Origin: Candidatus Bathyarchaeota archaeon
Lineage (GTDB): Archaea; Thermoproteota; Bathyarchaeia; TCS64; B23
Direction: 5' to 3'
DNA: 49,116 nt
Assembly (NCBI GenBank): GCA_029259285.1
Contig: JAPDJB010000010.1
Location: 1 to 49,116, forward strand
In this document: positions 9,318 to 19,627 of the stretch, in pieces
How the letters are laid out: each line of letters opens with the position of its first letter
Numbering within the stretch: the stretch's first letter is position 1
Notes under the pieces: model-generated
Seen by the model: the letters and a program-made list of their open reading frames with translations, nothing else
Database searches by the model: none
What the model was told of the DNA's origin: nothing
Position numbers and translations under genes: made by a program

Positions 9318-9995
9318 ATGCTATTAACTCACCAAAGAGATCATAAAACGAAAACTTTGAACCCGATAACCATTCTAAATGCAGCCTTTCTAACAATAAC
9401 TATATCAGCAGCAATAATATACTACAAAAAAATAAAAAGGATAAAAGAAGAATACGAGTCGAAAGAAAACGTTGTTAAAAGCATAGCTCTCGGAATAGCA
9501 GGAAATATCTATTCAAACATAAAAAACATAGAAAACACAATAATGAAACTGAGAACGGATATAAACGAAGCGCTGATTAAAAGCGAGAAAGCTCTTGAAA
9601 CATCAGAAACAACAAACCAAGACGTGGAGAAGATATTTAAAAGAATGGATGAAATTGAGAGAATGCTAATCGAGGTTAAGGAGAGAATAGTAAGGAAGCC
9701 AGTTAAAATAGAGGCTCCTATACCAATAGATGACAGAGAGATTTTAGATGGGCTGAATGATACGGAGTTGAAGATTTTAATGATTCTAGATGAATTGGAG
9801 GAGGGAACGGTTCCGGAGATTAAGAAAAGGATAAATAAGACAAGAGAACATACGGCAAGGATGCTTAAGAAGTTATATGATAAGGGATTCATCGATAGAA
9901 ATACTAGTTCCATCCCATATAGATATTATTTAAGAAAGGAAGTTAAGGAGATTATAAGGAGGAGAACAAAAGAGGCTAAAACCCTTAATGTTTAG
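9318..9995 (+). CDS. AT-rich hypothetical protein: N-terminal TM helix, coiled coil and C-terminal winged-HTH
   Basis: 225 aa. The hydrophobic segment is ILNAAFLTITISAAIIYY. A long Lys/Glu-rich helical region follows, then LNDTELKILMILDELEEGTVPEIKKRINKTREHTARMLKKLYDKGFI, which is MarR/ArsR-like. Confidence 0.55.
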   Translation: MLLTHQRDHKTKTLNPITILNAAFLTITISAAIIYYKKIKRIKEEYESKENVVKSIALGIAGNIYSNIKNIENTIMKLRTDINEALIKSEKALETSETTNQDVEKIFKRMDEIERMLIEVKERIVRKPVKIEAPIPIDDREILDGLNDTELKILMILDELEEGTVPEIKKRINKTREHTARMLKKLYDKGFIDRNTSSIPYRYYLRKEVKEIIRRRTKEAKTLNV

Positions 9996-10057
9996 TATAA
10001 AATAAGTTTAAAGGCGAGCAAAATTAATAAATTACATAAACCAATCTTAAAACACTA

Positions 10058-11527
10058 ATGGAGAACGTCAGCAAGATAATTAAAAGGATCACCGAATCTG
10101 GATTAATACTTACAAGTGATGGATTTGAATACATAAAAACCATAGACCCTAAAAGATTGAATGAAATCATGGATTCCGTTATTCAAGAGGCTCAGAGGAA
10201 AAATGTTTATTATATTGATGGAAGCTTTCTGGATAAATTCTTTGAGAGGAGGGAACCGATACAGAAGATCGAAGAAAAGCGGGAAATACGTTATGAGAGA
10301 ATTAAGCCTGAGATAATATATAGTTTACATCCTGAACCGTTAGGTGAAGTGGAGGGGTTTTTACGATATTTTAAAAGTAGATATAACAAAATATCTAAAT
10401 TATTTAGGAGGAGAGGGGATTTAAATAGGGTTGTTAAGACTGGGGAAATTTCTAAGCTGCCTATGAAAACGAGATTTAAGATTATTGGTATGGTTAGAGA
10501 TTTGATTGTTAGGAGGAGGAGATTATATCTAGATTTGGAGGATGATGAGGGATCTATAACTATAATTACGACGGAGGATGATGTTTTTAGGAAGGGGCTG
10601 ATGCTCCTTAAAGATCAGGTTGTTTGTGTAGATGTGATAAAACTGAGAGAGGATCTCTTCATAGCTAAGGATTTTATATGGCCAGATATAGCTACTAAAG
10701 TTAATAATAGAGCCAATAGAAAGGTTTTTGCGGTTTTTATATCTGATCTCCATGTGGGGAATACTCACTTTTTAGAGGGCTTGTTTAATGATTTTATTAA
10801 ATGGCTTAATGGGAGACTCGGCAGCGAATTTCATAAGGAGGTGGCTTCAAGGGTGAGATATCTGGTTATTGCTGGGGATCTTGTGGATGGTATAGGGGTT
10901 TATCCTAATCAGATTAATGAGCTTGAGATAAGGGACTTGTATGAGCAATACGAGGCTGCAGCAAGGTTGCTATCAAAGATACCTAGACATATAGAGATCA
11001 TCATTATACCTGGAAATCACGATGCTGTCGCCAAGGCGCTACCCCAACCTCCAATCCCAGAGGAGTATGCTAAGAAGCTCTATATGGATGAGCGAATTCA
11101 CATCCTCAGCAATCCCAGTTATATCAGCCTTGAAGGGGTTGAGGTTCTGATCTGCCATGGAAAGGCCTTAGACGACGTCCTCTCCAGCAAGCCTGGCCTC
11201 GACTTCCAGCATCCCGCTAAGGGCATGGAACTCCTATTGAGATGTAGACATTTAGCTCCCATCTATGGAGCCACCACGCCTATAGCCCCTGAGAGAGAAG
11301 ACCGCCTCGTCATAGAGCGTGTGCCGGATATTCTCCACATGGGTCACGTCCACATCCATCAGATCAGGAGGTATAGAGGTGTGACTCTCATCGCTTCCGG
11401 ATCCTGGCAGAGCCAGACCTCATATCAGCGTAGGCTTGACATAAAGCCGACACCAGGCATCGCCACGATCGTAGACCTGAGCAGCCTACAGACCTACACC
11501 ATGGACTTCAAGGCCCTAAGTGGCTGA
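10058..11527 (+). CDS. polB: DNA polymerase II (PolD) small subunit DP1
   Basis: 489 aa. Calcineurin-like phosphoesterase motifs are present (FISDLHVG, AGDLVDG, PGNHD, CHGK, HMGHVH) after an OB-like middle region. Confidence 0.9.
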   Translation: MENVSKIIKRITESGLILTSDGFEYIKTIDPKRLNEIMDSVIQEAQRKNVYYIDGSFLDKFFERREPIQKIEEKREIRYERIKPEIIYSLHPEPLGEVEGFLRYFKSRYNKISKLFRRRGDLNRVVKTGEISKLPMKTRFKIIGMVRDLIVRRRRLYLDLEDDEGSITIITTEDDVFRKGLMLLKDQVVCVDVIKLREDLFIAKDFIWPDIATKVNNRANRKVFAVFISDLHVGNTHFLEGLFNDFIKWLNGRLGSEFHKEVASRVRYLVIAGDLVDGIGVYPNQINELEIRDLYEQYEAAARLLSKIPRHIEIIIIPGNHDAVAKALPQPPIPEEYAKKLYMDERIHILSNPSYISLEGVEVLICHGKALDDVLSSKPGLDFQHPAKGMELLLRCRHLAPIYGATTPIAPEREDRLVIERVPDILHMGHVHIHQIRRYRGVTLIASGSWQSQTSYQRRLDIKPTPGIATIVDLSSLQTYTMDFKALSG

Positions 11528-12047
11528 GTCCCCGAGCGATTAGACCTGCAACCCTCAGAGGCTCAGGAATCCTACATATTAGAGCCGTCTCCTCTAGGAC
11601 TCTCCTAGCCCAACTCTTGGATGCCCCGATCACCTCGAAGAAGACTCGACAGCCCCGTATAACCAGATGCTCTATATCGCCTAGACGGGATATCACATCC
11701 CAGCGGAGTCTCCAATCCGAGAAGTTTTCCCTTAGAGCCTTGAAGATGGCTCTACTATCTGGATGCTTCTCGGCGTAGATGATGACCGGAACTCCAAAGG
11801 CCTCATGTAGCTTGAAGGGATCTATGATGTTGAAGCCAGCGAAGGTTACACCGCCGAGGATGAAGACATCAACAAGGCCGTCGACGATGCTGATCAGCTT
11901 GTCGGTGGCGTCTAGACCATCGATCTCGATGTCAACAAGGTGAACCCGAAGAATCTTGGAACCCTCCATAACTGCGCAGCAGAGGGGAACCCTATTAGGC
12001 TTTTGACCCCTCAGAAAACTTCCATCCTCAACTCCAGCGACATACAT
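11508..12047 (-). CDS. DUF99/UPF0215 family protein (endonuclease-V-like fold)
   Basis: 179 aa. Motifs VAGVEDGSF, IDGLDATD, GGVTFAGFNIID and GVPVIIY match the DUF99 signature as I remember it. Confidence 0.7.
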   Translation of the reverse strand: MYVAGVEDGSFLRGQKPNRVPLCCAVMEGSKILRVHLVDIEIDGLDATDKLISIVDGLVDVFILGGVTFAGFNIIDPFKLHEAFGVPVIIYAEKHPDSRAIFKALRENFSDWRLRWDVISRLGDIEHLVIRGCRVFFEVIGASKSWARRVLEETALICRIPEPLRVAGLIARGLSHLGP

Positions 12048-12048
12048 C

Positions 12049-12477
12049 TCAATACTTCAGGAGTCTACCATAAATCTCAGATTTGATGAGGAGATGAGGA
12101 TATATCGTATGGGGAGCCTCAACAACCCCAGAGTGAATTATTATACCGTTAATATAGCTTAAGGCCTCCTCGTCGACATCCTTCTCGAAGACGAGGTGGC
12201 CACTGTTCTCTATCTTGAAACTCCCCACCCTCTTCTTAAGAACGATGATGTCATTCTTCGAAAGGGAGATCTCGCCATTATTCCTCAATATGAAGCAGCC
12301 CTCATCCTCCTGCTGCTCGGTCTTTCTAACGCCGCCATTACCGTTAGACTCAAGGAACTGTTTTAGGGCAATGTTCATAAGGTCTGCAACCCTCTTACCG
12401 CTACGTTTAGCCATGGAGAATATCTGATGATACAGCTCCGTGTCCAACCCTCTGATGGAGACGGTCTTTTGTGGCAT
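12049..12477 (-). CDS. ribbon-helix-helix (CopG/Arc-like) N-terminal domain protein with an uncharacterised C-terminal domain
   Basis: The start is moved to M12 (MPQKTVSIRGLDTELYHQIFSMAKRSGKRVADLMNIALKQFLES, an RHH pattern). GGGGAG lies about 7 nt upstream. The track start at 12510 sits inside a perfect palindrome. Confidence 0.5.
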   Translation of the reverse strand: MPQKTVSIRGLDTELYHQIFSMAKRSGKRVADLMNIALKQFLESNGNGGVRKTEQQEDEGCFILRNNGEISLSKNDIIVLKKRVGSFKIENSGHLVFEKDVDEEALSYINGIIIHSGVVEAPHTIYPHLLIKSEIYGRLLKY

Positions 12478-12573
12478 CGGTAAACTCCCCAAATGTTTAC
12501 TTGTAAACATGTAAACAAAGAAGCTTATAAGCTTATCGGGATAATTATAATTGTAACAAGTGGTGTATGAAAC

Positions 12574-13209
12574 TTGATACTTGAGAAAGCAACTAAAAGT
12601 GATGTCTGCCGAATATTCTCACAAAATGAGAATAACTTAGACCGGATAGTGGATTTTTACAGAAGGTTATTATCTCCAAATGAGAGGAACAACCTAAGAC
12701 AGAAGATCGGTCATATCAGGGAGATATTGTCATTCAGTGAGAATATCTTTTCATCACAGTCGGTTGCCTTAATCTTCCTATACTTCTGCCTAAATGGAGC
12801 TGCAACGGCCTGGACTCTCCAAAGGGAGCTTCACATACCGGAGTCAACCGTCTACAGGGCTTTGAAGAAGTTGAGATCGCTGGGTGTCATCTATCCCGCC
12901 CTTAAGGTATCTAAGGTGAGGTATTCAAGGGGTGGCCCTAGGCCTATTGTATGGGCCATTGTCGGGGCATCCACCGAGGAGATCTCGAAGGCTTTGAGAC
13001 TTCACTTCAGAAGTTTAAGCCCGAAGTATTGTGTTGCTGAGAGGCTTGCCCAGACGATTCTAGATCGATACCTGAAGAATGGGCGTGAGATAACCTATAG
13101 GGAGATACTGGTCTTCGTGAAGGAGTTGAAGATCCCCTTCGAGAAGTATGATATAGCTGAGCTTATAGCCCAGTATCTCAACGAGATCGGGATTAAGGTC
13201 TGGAGATAG
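12574..13209 (+). CDS. hypothetical protein with a winged-HTH segment
   Basis: 211 aa, TTG start only. The segment WTLQRELHIPESTVYRALKKLRSLGVI is HTH-like. Lower G+C than its neighbours. Confidence 0.45.
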   Translation: MILEKATKSDVCRIFSQNENNLDRIVDFYRRLLSPNERNNLRQKIGHIREILSFSENIFSSQSVALIFLYFCLNGAATAWTLQRELHIPESTVYRALKKLRSLGVIYPALKVSKVRYSRGGPRPIVWAIVGASTEEISKALRLHFRSLSPKYCVAERLAQTILDRYLKNGREITYREILVFVKELKIPFEKYDIAELIAQYLNEIGIKVWR

Positions 13210-13566
13210 CTATATCTCCCTCAACTTCTCCTGCAGGGTTTTCAGCTCTCCATGCTCCTTGATCCTTATGGTTGTTCTAAGCCTAACGGGGAGACCTATT
13301 CTATGGAAGAAGTAGTATAGACTCTCCCCATCGATCTTATCTCTAAGTCTACCATCTCTTATCGCGGCTAAGAGCGCCTCCTCGATTTTGGGCATTATCT
13401 CGGGGTATTGCCTCCACGCGGCCCTATAGACCTCCCATGCCCTGCCCACGAAGAGCCTTCTCAAATCCTCCCTTGGGTCAGCCTCCTCTCTCCTGGGGGC
13501 TGTCATAATCCTCCGCTGGAGCTCCAGGAGCTTCTTCCTCTTCAGCTTCTCCAGCTCATCCTCCAT
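13210..13566 (-). CDS. PDCD5/TFAR19-family DNA-binding protein
   Basis: 118 aa. The N-terminus EDELEKLKRKKLLELQRR and the C-terminal RLRDKIDGESLYYFF...TIRIK pattern resemble archaeal PDCD5 homologues. Confidence 0.55.
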   Translation of the reverse strand: MEDELEKLKRKKLLELQRRIMTAPRREEADPREDLRRLFVGRAWEVYRAAWRQYPEIMPKIEEALLAAIRDGRLRDKIDGESLYYFFHRIGLPVRLRTTIRIKEHGELKTLQEKLREI

Positions 13567-13628
13567 AAGGCCTTCAGAGGGTAGAGGCGTCGCTCTTTTT
13601 AACCTTATCCCGCATAAGCCGAGATGAT

Positions 13629-14033
13629 ATGAGGATCCACTCCGAGGAGTATTGGTTCAATACCCGTGGAGAGTTCGATGTCGTAGACCTAACCCCCTGG
13701 CTAGATGAAGTCGCCTCCCGTTCAGGTATCAGGGAGGGCCTAATGCTGATCTACGCCGGCCACGCCACAGGGGTCATAATCCTAAATGAGTATGAACCCT
13801 CCCTAATAGAGGATGTAAAGGACTTTCTTAGGCGGCTAACCCCCTCAGACGGCGATTATAGGCATCCCATAAACGCCTTCTCCCACCTTAGATCGATGCT
13901 CCTAGAGCCTAGTAAGGTGATACCTATACATGGTGGCCGCCTCGGATTGGGGACTTGGCAGAGGGTCTACTGGATCGAGGCTGAGCGGAGGCCTCGCAGG
14001 AGGAGGGTTGAAGCCATGATAATAGGGGAGTGA
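13629..14033 (+). CDS. YjbQ/UPF0047 family protein (secondary thiamine-phosphate synthase-type)
   Basis: 134 aa. Matching segments: DLTPWL, LMLIYAGHATGVIILNEYEP, NAFSHLRSMLL and GRLGLGTWQRVYWIE. Confidence 0.75.
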   Translation: MRIHSEEYWFNTRGEFDVVDLTPWLDEVASRSGIREGLMLIYAGHATGVIILNEYEPSLIEDVKDFLRRLTPSDGDYRHPINAFSHLRSMLLEPSKVIPIHGGRLGLGTWQRVYWIEAERRPRRRRVEAMIIGE

Positions 14034-14089
14034 AATGAGTCAGTCATGAAGCTATAGTAAGCATTATCTCCCTTAACTTCCTCTAATAT

Positions 14090-16438
14090 TTGATGGCTCA
14101 GGGTTTCCGCCTCATAGGTGAAAGCACTCCGAGGATGGATGGCATAGCGAAGGTGACAGGTCAAGAGGTCTACTCCTCCGACATCCACTTCCCAAACATG
14201 CTTCATGCGAGAGTTCTGAAGAGTCCATATCCCCATGCGAGGGTGAAGCGCATCGACGTCTCAGAGGCTGAGAAGCTTGGAGCTATAGTTGTCACCTACA
14301 GGGAGGTCCCAGATGTGGTCTACTGTCCAAGGCTTGTCAGCACCCCTGAGGCCACCTATAAGGATTGGAGGGTTCTAACTGGTAGGCCCCTATACGTCGG
14401 TGACCCGATAGCTGCAGTGGCAGCGGAGTCTGAGGAGATGGCTCAGAGGGCCTTAGAGGCTATAGACGTTGAGTTCGAGGTGTTAGAGCCATCCTTCGAC
14501 CCCCTGGATTCGATGAGACCTGAGAAGACATCGATCCACGAGCGTATCATGTATATGGGTAAGGAGATAAAGATCGAGAATAACATCGCATGCACCATGG
14601 AGATAGAGCAGGGGGATGTTGAAAAGGGCTTCAGCGAGGCAGATGTGGTTCTGGAGAGGGAATATAGAACCAATCGGCGATATCACTGCCAATTGGAGCC
14701 TAAGACGGCTGTCGTTAGACCTGAACCCGATGGAGGGGTCACCATCTGGACGACGACTCAGTCGATACATAATACAAGGCTGCTGATCCATGAGATATTT
14801 GGCATACCGGCTGGGAAGATCAACGTCGTCAAGACGGCGCTTGGAGGAGCCTTCGGCTCAAGCATCCAGACCAATATCGTAGTCCCCATAGCCGTAGCCC
14901 TCGCCCTCAAAGCCCATAAGCCCGTCAGACTGGCATATACACGAGAGGAGGATCTCCACGAGCACTGCTCCTACCAGATGATCTTCAATCTCAAGCTTGG
15001 AGCAAAAAGGGATGGCAAGTTGACAGCCGGCAGTCTGGAGGCGATCCTGGATATCGGCGCCCACCAGATTCAGGCTTATCCCCTGTTAGGCTGCCTAGTC
15101 GGCTGGTGGGTATCCCTCTACAAGTTACCTAACCTCAGATATGTTGGGAAGGCGGTCTATACGAACAAGGTTCCAAGCTGCGCCATGAGGGGATTTGGAA
15201 ATCCACAGATAACCTGGGCCGTCGAGTCCATGATGGACGAGTTGGCTGAGGAGCTCGGCATCGACCCAGTTGAGTTCAAGCTCCTAAATCACGTCGGCCT
15301 CGGAGACCTATTCTGGGGTCAGGGGCCCACGGTTAAATCCATAATCAAGAGCTCTGGGGTGGAGGAGATCGTTCGACGTGGAGCTAAGCTGATCGGATGG
15401 GATAAACGGCCAAAGCCTGGGGAGCAGAGGGGGCGCTATCGGAGGGGTATAGGCTTCGGGAGGGGCTTCCACACCTCCAGCGCTGGAGGCCCTGTTCCAG
15501 GGACCGCCGTAGACTATACTGGGGCTATGCTGAAGGTCAACGAGGATGGGTCATTCGACTATATTACAGCCCTGATGGATTGTGGAGGCGGAACCCTCAC
15601 GGCTCATGCTAAGATAATAGCAGAGGAGATTGGGGTTCCACTTGAATGTATAAACATCGTTAGGTCCGACACCCAGACAACCCTATACGATGTATGCACA
15701 CATGCATCGAGAGGTGTCTATGCTGGTGGAATGGCGGCCTTACAGGTGGCGAGGGAGGTGAAGAGGAAGCTGTTAGAGTTGGCTGCAAGAGTTCTCGACG
15801 CCTACCCCCATGCGCTGAAGATTAGGCCTGATGAGGAGAGGAGTCAGGGAGTCATCTATGTCGAGGGCGTTGAGGGCAGGGAGATCACCATCGGCGAGTT
15901 GGCTTCCATGGCTAGGCATAAGAATTGGGGCACCATCGCAGCCGTCGCCAGCGTTAGACAGGGGAGTTGCCCACCCCATTTCACAGCCTACTTCGTGGAG
16001 GTTGAGGTGGATACGGAGACGGGTAAGGTGAGGCCGATAAGGGTTGTGGCCGGAGCCGATGTGGGGAGTGTCATAAACCCCAAGCTGGCTGAGGGCCAGA
16101 TACACGGCGGCTTCGCCATGGGCTGGAGCATGGCAATCCTAGAGGACACCCCCTACGACCCAGAGAACGGCGACCTGATGAATAGGGGCTTCATAAACAA
16201 CTATAAGCTGCCAACACCCGCCGACCTAGTTCCACCTGACAGATTCACGGTGTTCTTCGCCAACACCTATGAGCCAACTGGCCCCCTCGGAGCCAAGGGA
16301 ATAGGGGAGGGAGCCTTGAACCCCGTGGCGGGGGCGGTGGCGAATGCCATCTACAACGCCATCGGCATCCGCTTCTATGAGCTGCCGATCACGCCGATCA
16401 AAATACTTAAGGCACTGAGGGAGAGGGAGGGAGGATAG
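14090..16438 (+). CDS. molybdopterin-binding large subunit of an XDH/aldehyde-oxidoreductase-family molybdenum hydroxylase (copy 1)
   Basis: 782 aa. MRGFGNPQ and GAKGIGEGALNP are present. The form-I CO dehydrogenase loop (VAYRCSFR) is absent. Confidence 0.9.
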   Translation: MMAQGFRLIGESTPRMDGIAKVTGQEVYSSDIHFPNMLHARVLKSPYPHARVKRIDVSEAEKLGAIVVTYREVPDVVYCPRLVSTPEATYKDWRVLTGRPLYVGDPIAAVAAESEEMAQRALEAIDVEFEVLEPSFDPLDSMRPEKTSIHERIMYMGKEIKIENNIACTMEIEQGDVEKGFSEADVVLEREYRTNRRYHCQLEPKTAVVRPEPDGGVTIWTTTQSIHNTRLLIHEIFGIPAGKINVVKTALGGAFGSSIQTNIVVPIAVALALKAHKPVRLAYTREEDLHEHCSYQMIFNLKLGAKRDGKLTAGSLEAILDIGAHQIQAYPLLGCLVGWWVSLYKLPNLRYVGKAVYTNKVPSCAMRGFGNPQITWAVESMMDELAEELGIDPVEFKLLNHVGLGDLFWGQGPTVKSIIKSSGVEEIVRRGAKLIGWDKRPKPGEQRGRYRRGIGFGRGFHTSSAGGPVPGTAVDYTGAMLKVNEDGSFDYITALMDCGGGTLTAHAKIIAEEIGVPLECINIVRSDTQTTLYDVCTHASRGVYAGGMAALQVAREVKRKLLELAARVLDAYPHALKIRPDEERSQGVIYVEGVEGREITIGELASMARHKNWGTIAAVASVRQGSCPPHFTAYFVEVEVDTETGKVRPIRVVAGADVGSVINPKLAEGQIHGGFAMGWSMAILEDTPYDPENGDLMNRGFINNYKLPTPADLVPPDRFTVFFANTYEPTGPLGAKGIGEGALNPVAGAVANAIYNAIGIRFYELPITPIKILKALREREGG

Positions 16439-16439
16439 A

Positions 16440-17360
16440 ATGTATATCAACAAGTTAAACACCCATATAATACCATTCAAATTCGAGTATCACGCTCCGA
16501 AAAGCGTGGAGGAGGCTGTTGAGCTACTGTCACGTTATGGAGAGGAGGCAAGCATACTTGCAGGGGGTACCGACCTCCTCGTAAAGATGAAGCAGAGGGT
16601 GATCGAACCAAAACATATCATCGACATAAAGAGGATTAAGGATTTAACGGGGATAAGGGAGGAAGAGGATGGAATACATATAGGTGCGGCAACGAAGCTT
16701 AGAACCCTTGAAAGATCCAAGTTGATCGAGGAGAAGCTACCAGTTCTACACGAGGCAGTTATAACCATGGGGTCAGTTCAGATCAGGAATATGGCCACAA
16801 TAGGGGGAAACCTATGTAATGCAAGCCCAAGCGCCGACGCCGCAACCCCACTGCTCGCCCTGAACGCAGAGGCTAAAATCGTAGGCTCAGAAGGGGAGAG
16901 AATAATCCCCTTAGAGGAGTTCTTCATCGGTCCAGGGAAGACGGCTCTCAAGCCGGATGAGATGCTGGCCGAGGTGATATCCCCATACCTCCCAGAGAAT
17001 GCTGGGACATCATTCATGAAGATAGGTTGGACGGACTTCGACATCGCCACCGTAAACTTGGCGGTGATTTTAAAGCTGGAGGGCGAGGTAGTAGACGAAT
17101 GTAGAATCGCCCTTGGGGGGTGTGCACCAACCCCTATAAGGGTACATAAGGCCGAGGAGTTCCTAAGGGGAAAGAAACTTACAGATGAGGTGTTGGAGGA
17201 GGCGGCGAACATCGTTTCGGGGCATGTGAGACCTCGAGCCCGCTGGAGGAGGGCTCCACCAGAGTATAGGAGGGCTGTCTCAAGGGCGCTGACCATCGAT
17301 GCATTGACGATCGCTAGGAAGAGGATTGAGGGGCTGGAGGTGAATCGAGGTGAGGATTAG
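16440..17360 (+). CDS. FAD-binding medium subunit (CoxM/CutB-like), copy 1
   Basis: 306 aa. [12 protein letters not shown] and [14 protein letters not shown] are seen. It starts 2 nt after the large subunit. Confidence 0.9.
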   Translation: MYINKLNTHIIPFKFEYHAPKSVEEAVELLSRYGEEASILAGGTDLLVKMKQRVIEPKHIIDIKRIKDLTGIREEEDGIHIGAATKLRTLERSKLIEEKLPVLHEAVITMGSVQIRNMATIGGNLCNASPSADAATPLLALNAEAKIVGSEGERIIPLEEFFIGPGKTALKPDEMLAEVISPYLPENAGTSFMKIGWTDFDIATVNLAVILKLEGEVVDECRIALGGCAPTPIRVHKAEEFLRGKKLTDEVLEEAANIVSGHVRPRARWRRAPPEYRRAVSRALTIDALTIARKRIEGLEVNRGED

Positions 17361-17814
17361 ATTTAAGCTTAATGGGAGGGAGGTTGAGGCAGAGGTAGAG
17401 CCGAACACTCTCCTCCTCAATCTGCTGAGGGAGCAATTCCACCTAACTGGAGCGAAATATGGATGTGGAATAGGTGAATGTGGGGCGTGCACGGTTCTCC
17501 TCGACGGTGAACCCATCCTATCCTGCCTCACCCTAGCCGTGGAGGTCGATGGAAGGGAGGTAACAACCATAGAGGGCCTAGCCGGAGACGGGGAGCTCCA
17601 TCCACTTCAGAGGGCCTTCCTGGAGGAGGGAGCCGTCCAATGCGGCTTCTGCACTCCAGGGATGATACTCACAGCTAAGGCCCTACTCGAAGAGAATCCA
17701 AATCCATCGGAGGATGAGATCAGGGAGTATCTGAAGGGCAATCTATGTCGATGCACAGGGTATGTGAACATAGTTAAGGCTGTTAAGAAGGCGGCTGAGG
17801 AGATGGCGGGATGA
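17350..17814 (+). CDS. [2Fe-2S] small subunit (CoxS/CutC-like), copy 1
   Basis: 154 aa. [18 protein letters not shown] and CRCTGY are present. It overlaps the medium subunit by 11 nt. Confidence 0.9.
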   Translation: MRIRFKLNGREVEAEVEPNTLLLNLLREQFHLTGAKYGCGIGECGACTVLLDGEPILSCLTLAVEVDGREVTTIEGLAGDGELHPLQRAFLEEGAVQCGFCTPGMILTAKALLEENPNPSEDEIREYLKGNLCRCTGYVNIVKAVKKAAEEMAG

Positions 17815-18398
17815 GGCTCTCCGCCGTCATCCTGGCGGCGGGGAAGTCTGAGCGTATGGGGAGGAATAAGCTCCTAATAGAGTTCGGGGGGCGCCCCCTT
17901 CTAACTTGGGTTCTTGAGGCCGTTGAGGCCTCAAGGGTGGAGGAAGCCCTCGTCGTCCTCGGCCATGAACCCCAGGAGCTAAGGCCAATCCTAAGGGAAT
18001 ACGACGTCGAGGAGGTCTATAATCCAGATTATGAGCTTGGCATGACCACATCCTTTCAAGCTGGGCTGCGTAGAGCCTCTGGGGATGCCGCCTTCCTAAT
18101 CCTCGGCGACCAATTGGGTTTAAAGCCTGAACTCCTCGATGAGATGGCGAGGGTGATGGAGGGAGACCCTGAAGCCCTCCTCGTCAGCCCCATGTATCAG
18201 GGTCGGAGGGGGCATCCCGTCCTCTTCCATGAAACCCTCTTCCCCGAGATCCTAGCCCTTCCACCTGGCACCCCCATCAAGGTTGTCGTCGATCGATATG
18301 AGGATCATCATCGATATGTGGAGGGAGACCTCTGGTGCGTCTTCGACTTGGATACTCCTGAGGATGTTGAGAGGGCTAGACTCCTCTTCTCACCTTGA
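17811..18398 (+). CDS. mocA: MobA-like NTP transferase / molybdenum cofactor cytidylyltransferase
   Basis: 195 aa. [18 protein letters not shown] is the N-terminal nucleotide-binding motif. ATGA start/stop overlap with the preceding 2Fe-2S gene. Confidence 0.8.
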   Translation: MRLSAVILAAGKSERMGRNKLLIEFGGRPLLTWVLEAVEASRVEEALVVLGHEPQELRPILREYDVEEVYNPDYELGMTTSFQAGLRRASGDAAFLILGDQLGLKPELLDEMARVMEGDPEALLVSPMYQGRRGHPVLFHETLFPEILALPPGTPIKVVVDRYEDHHRYVEGDLWCVFDLDTPEDVERARLLFSP

Positions 18399-19158
18399 TT
18401 ATCTCCGCGATGATGCTGACGGCGATCTCCTCTGGGGTCTCAGCCCCGATCTCTATGCCTATCGGCCCCCTGATCCGCTTCAGCTCATCCTCCGTGAAGC
18501 CCTCCCCCCTCAGCTTCGCCTTATGCCTCTCAACCTTATGCCTGCTTCCAAGCAGCCCTATGTAGGCTGGATGTTTCCTCAGCATCACCCGTAGGGCTGG
18601 GATCTCATAGGGGGTTTCACCATGGACTATGGCCACGTAATCAGTCGGTCTAACCTCCAGTCGCTTAAGCTCCTCCTCGAAGGGGCCTGAATGTATCTCA
18701 GCGTAGGGAAATCGCTCCTCTGTGGCTGTTGGGGCGTCATCGACGACGACGACTTCGAAGCCCACCATATATGCGAGGTCTGCGAGGGGTTTAGCTATGT
18801 GTCCCGACCCTATGATGATGAGCCTTGGATCGGGCTGTATGACGTCGATGAAGACTTCAACCTCCCCTCCACACTCCGATTTTAGCGGCCTCATCCCCCC
18901 TCTGGGTTCTATGCCGAGGGCGAAGGATATGCTTCGGGGTCTTCCCTCCCTCATCGCCTTTAGGGCCTCTTCGATGATGATCCTCTCCATCTCGCTTCCA
19001 CCTATAGTTCCCATGGCGTTTCCCCCCTCGTCGACCAGCATTTTGGCTCCAACCTCCCTTGGGCCATACCCCCTCTTGGAGATGAGAATACAGAGGGCCG
19101 CCTTTCCCCCCGTCTTCAGAATTCGGTTTAGCTCCTCGAAGAGCTTGCTAGTCTTCAC
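18376..19158 (-). CDS. xdhC: XdhC/CoxI-family molybdenum-cofactor insertion accessory protein
   Basis: 260 aa. An XdhC N-terminal region is followed by a Rossmann-like IIIGSGHIAKPLA segment. Its 3' end overlaps the mocA 3' end by 23 nt (convergent). Confidence 0.8.
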   Translation of the reverse strand: MKTSKLFEELNRILKTGGKAALCILISKRGYGPREVGAKMLVDEGGNAMGTIGGSEMERIIIEEALKAMREGRPRSISFALGIEPRGGMRPLKSECGGEVEVFIDVIQPDPRLIIIGSGHIAKPLADLAYMVGFEVVVVDDAPTATEERFPYAEIHSGPFEEELKRLEVRPTDYVAIVHGETPYEIPALRVMLRKHPAYIGLLGSRHKVERHKAKLRGEGFTEDELKRIRGPIGIEIGAETPEEIAVSIIAEIIKVRRGV

Positions 19159-19627
19159 CCCTCAACCTCTCCGCCGCGTCGAGTATGGCCTTAACTATGT
19201 TCACATACCCTGTGCATCGACATAGGTTTCCGGCGATGGCTCTCCTCACCTCCCCCTCCGAGGGCTTCGGGTTTCTGCTCAGCAGCGAGTAGGCTGAGAT
19301 GAGCATTCCAGGGGTGCAGAAGCCGCATTGTATGGCTCCATCCTCGACGAAGGCCTCTATCAGCTCCCTCATAATGGGCTTATCCCTCAATCCCTCCAGG
19401 GTTTCGACGCTTCTCCCCTCCACGAGGGGGGCGAGCAGCAGACAGGAGTTCACGGGTCTTCCATCCAATAGAACGGTGCAGGCTCCACACTCGCCGACGT
19501 TGCATCCCCTCTTAACGCTCTTAACCCCCAGCTTCTCCCTTAAAAGGTCGAGTAGGGTCTCGTTATGCTCAGCTTCGCATTCGATCCACTCCCCATTCAG
19601 TTTAAATCTCAGCATCATGTCGCACAC
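19148..19627 (-). CDS. [2Fe-2S] small subunit, copy 2
   Basis: 159 aa. [18 protein letters not shown] and CRCTGY are present. Confidence 0.9.
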   Translation of the reverse strand: MCDMMLRFKLNGEWIECEAEHNETLLDLLREKLGVKSVKRGCNVGECGACTVLLDGRPVNSCLLLAPLVEGRSVETLEGLRDKPIMRELIEAFVEDGAIQCGFCTPGMLISAYSLLSRNPKPSEGEVRRAIAGNLCRCTGYVNIVKAILDAAERLRGED

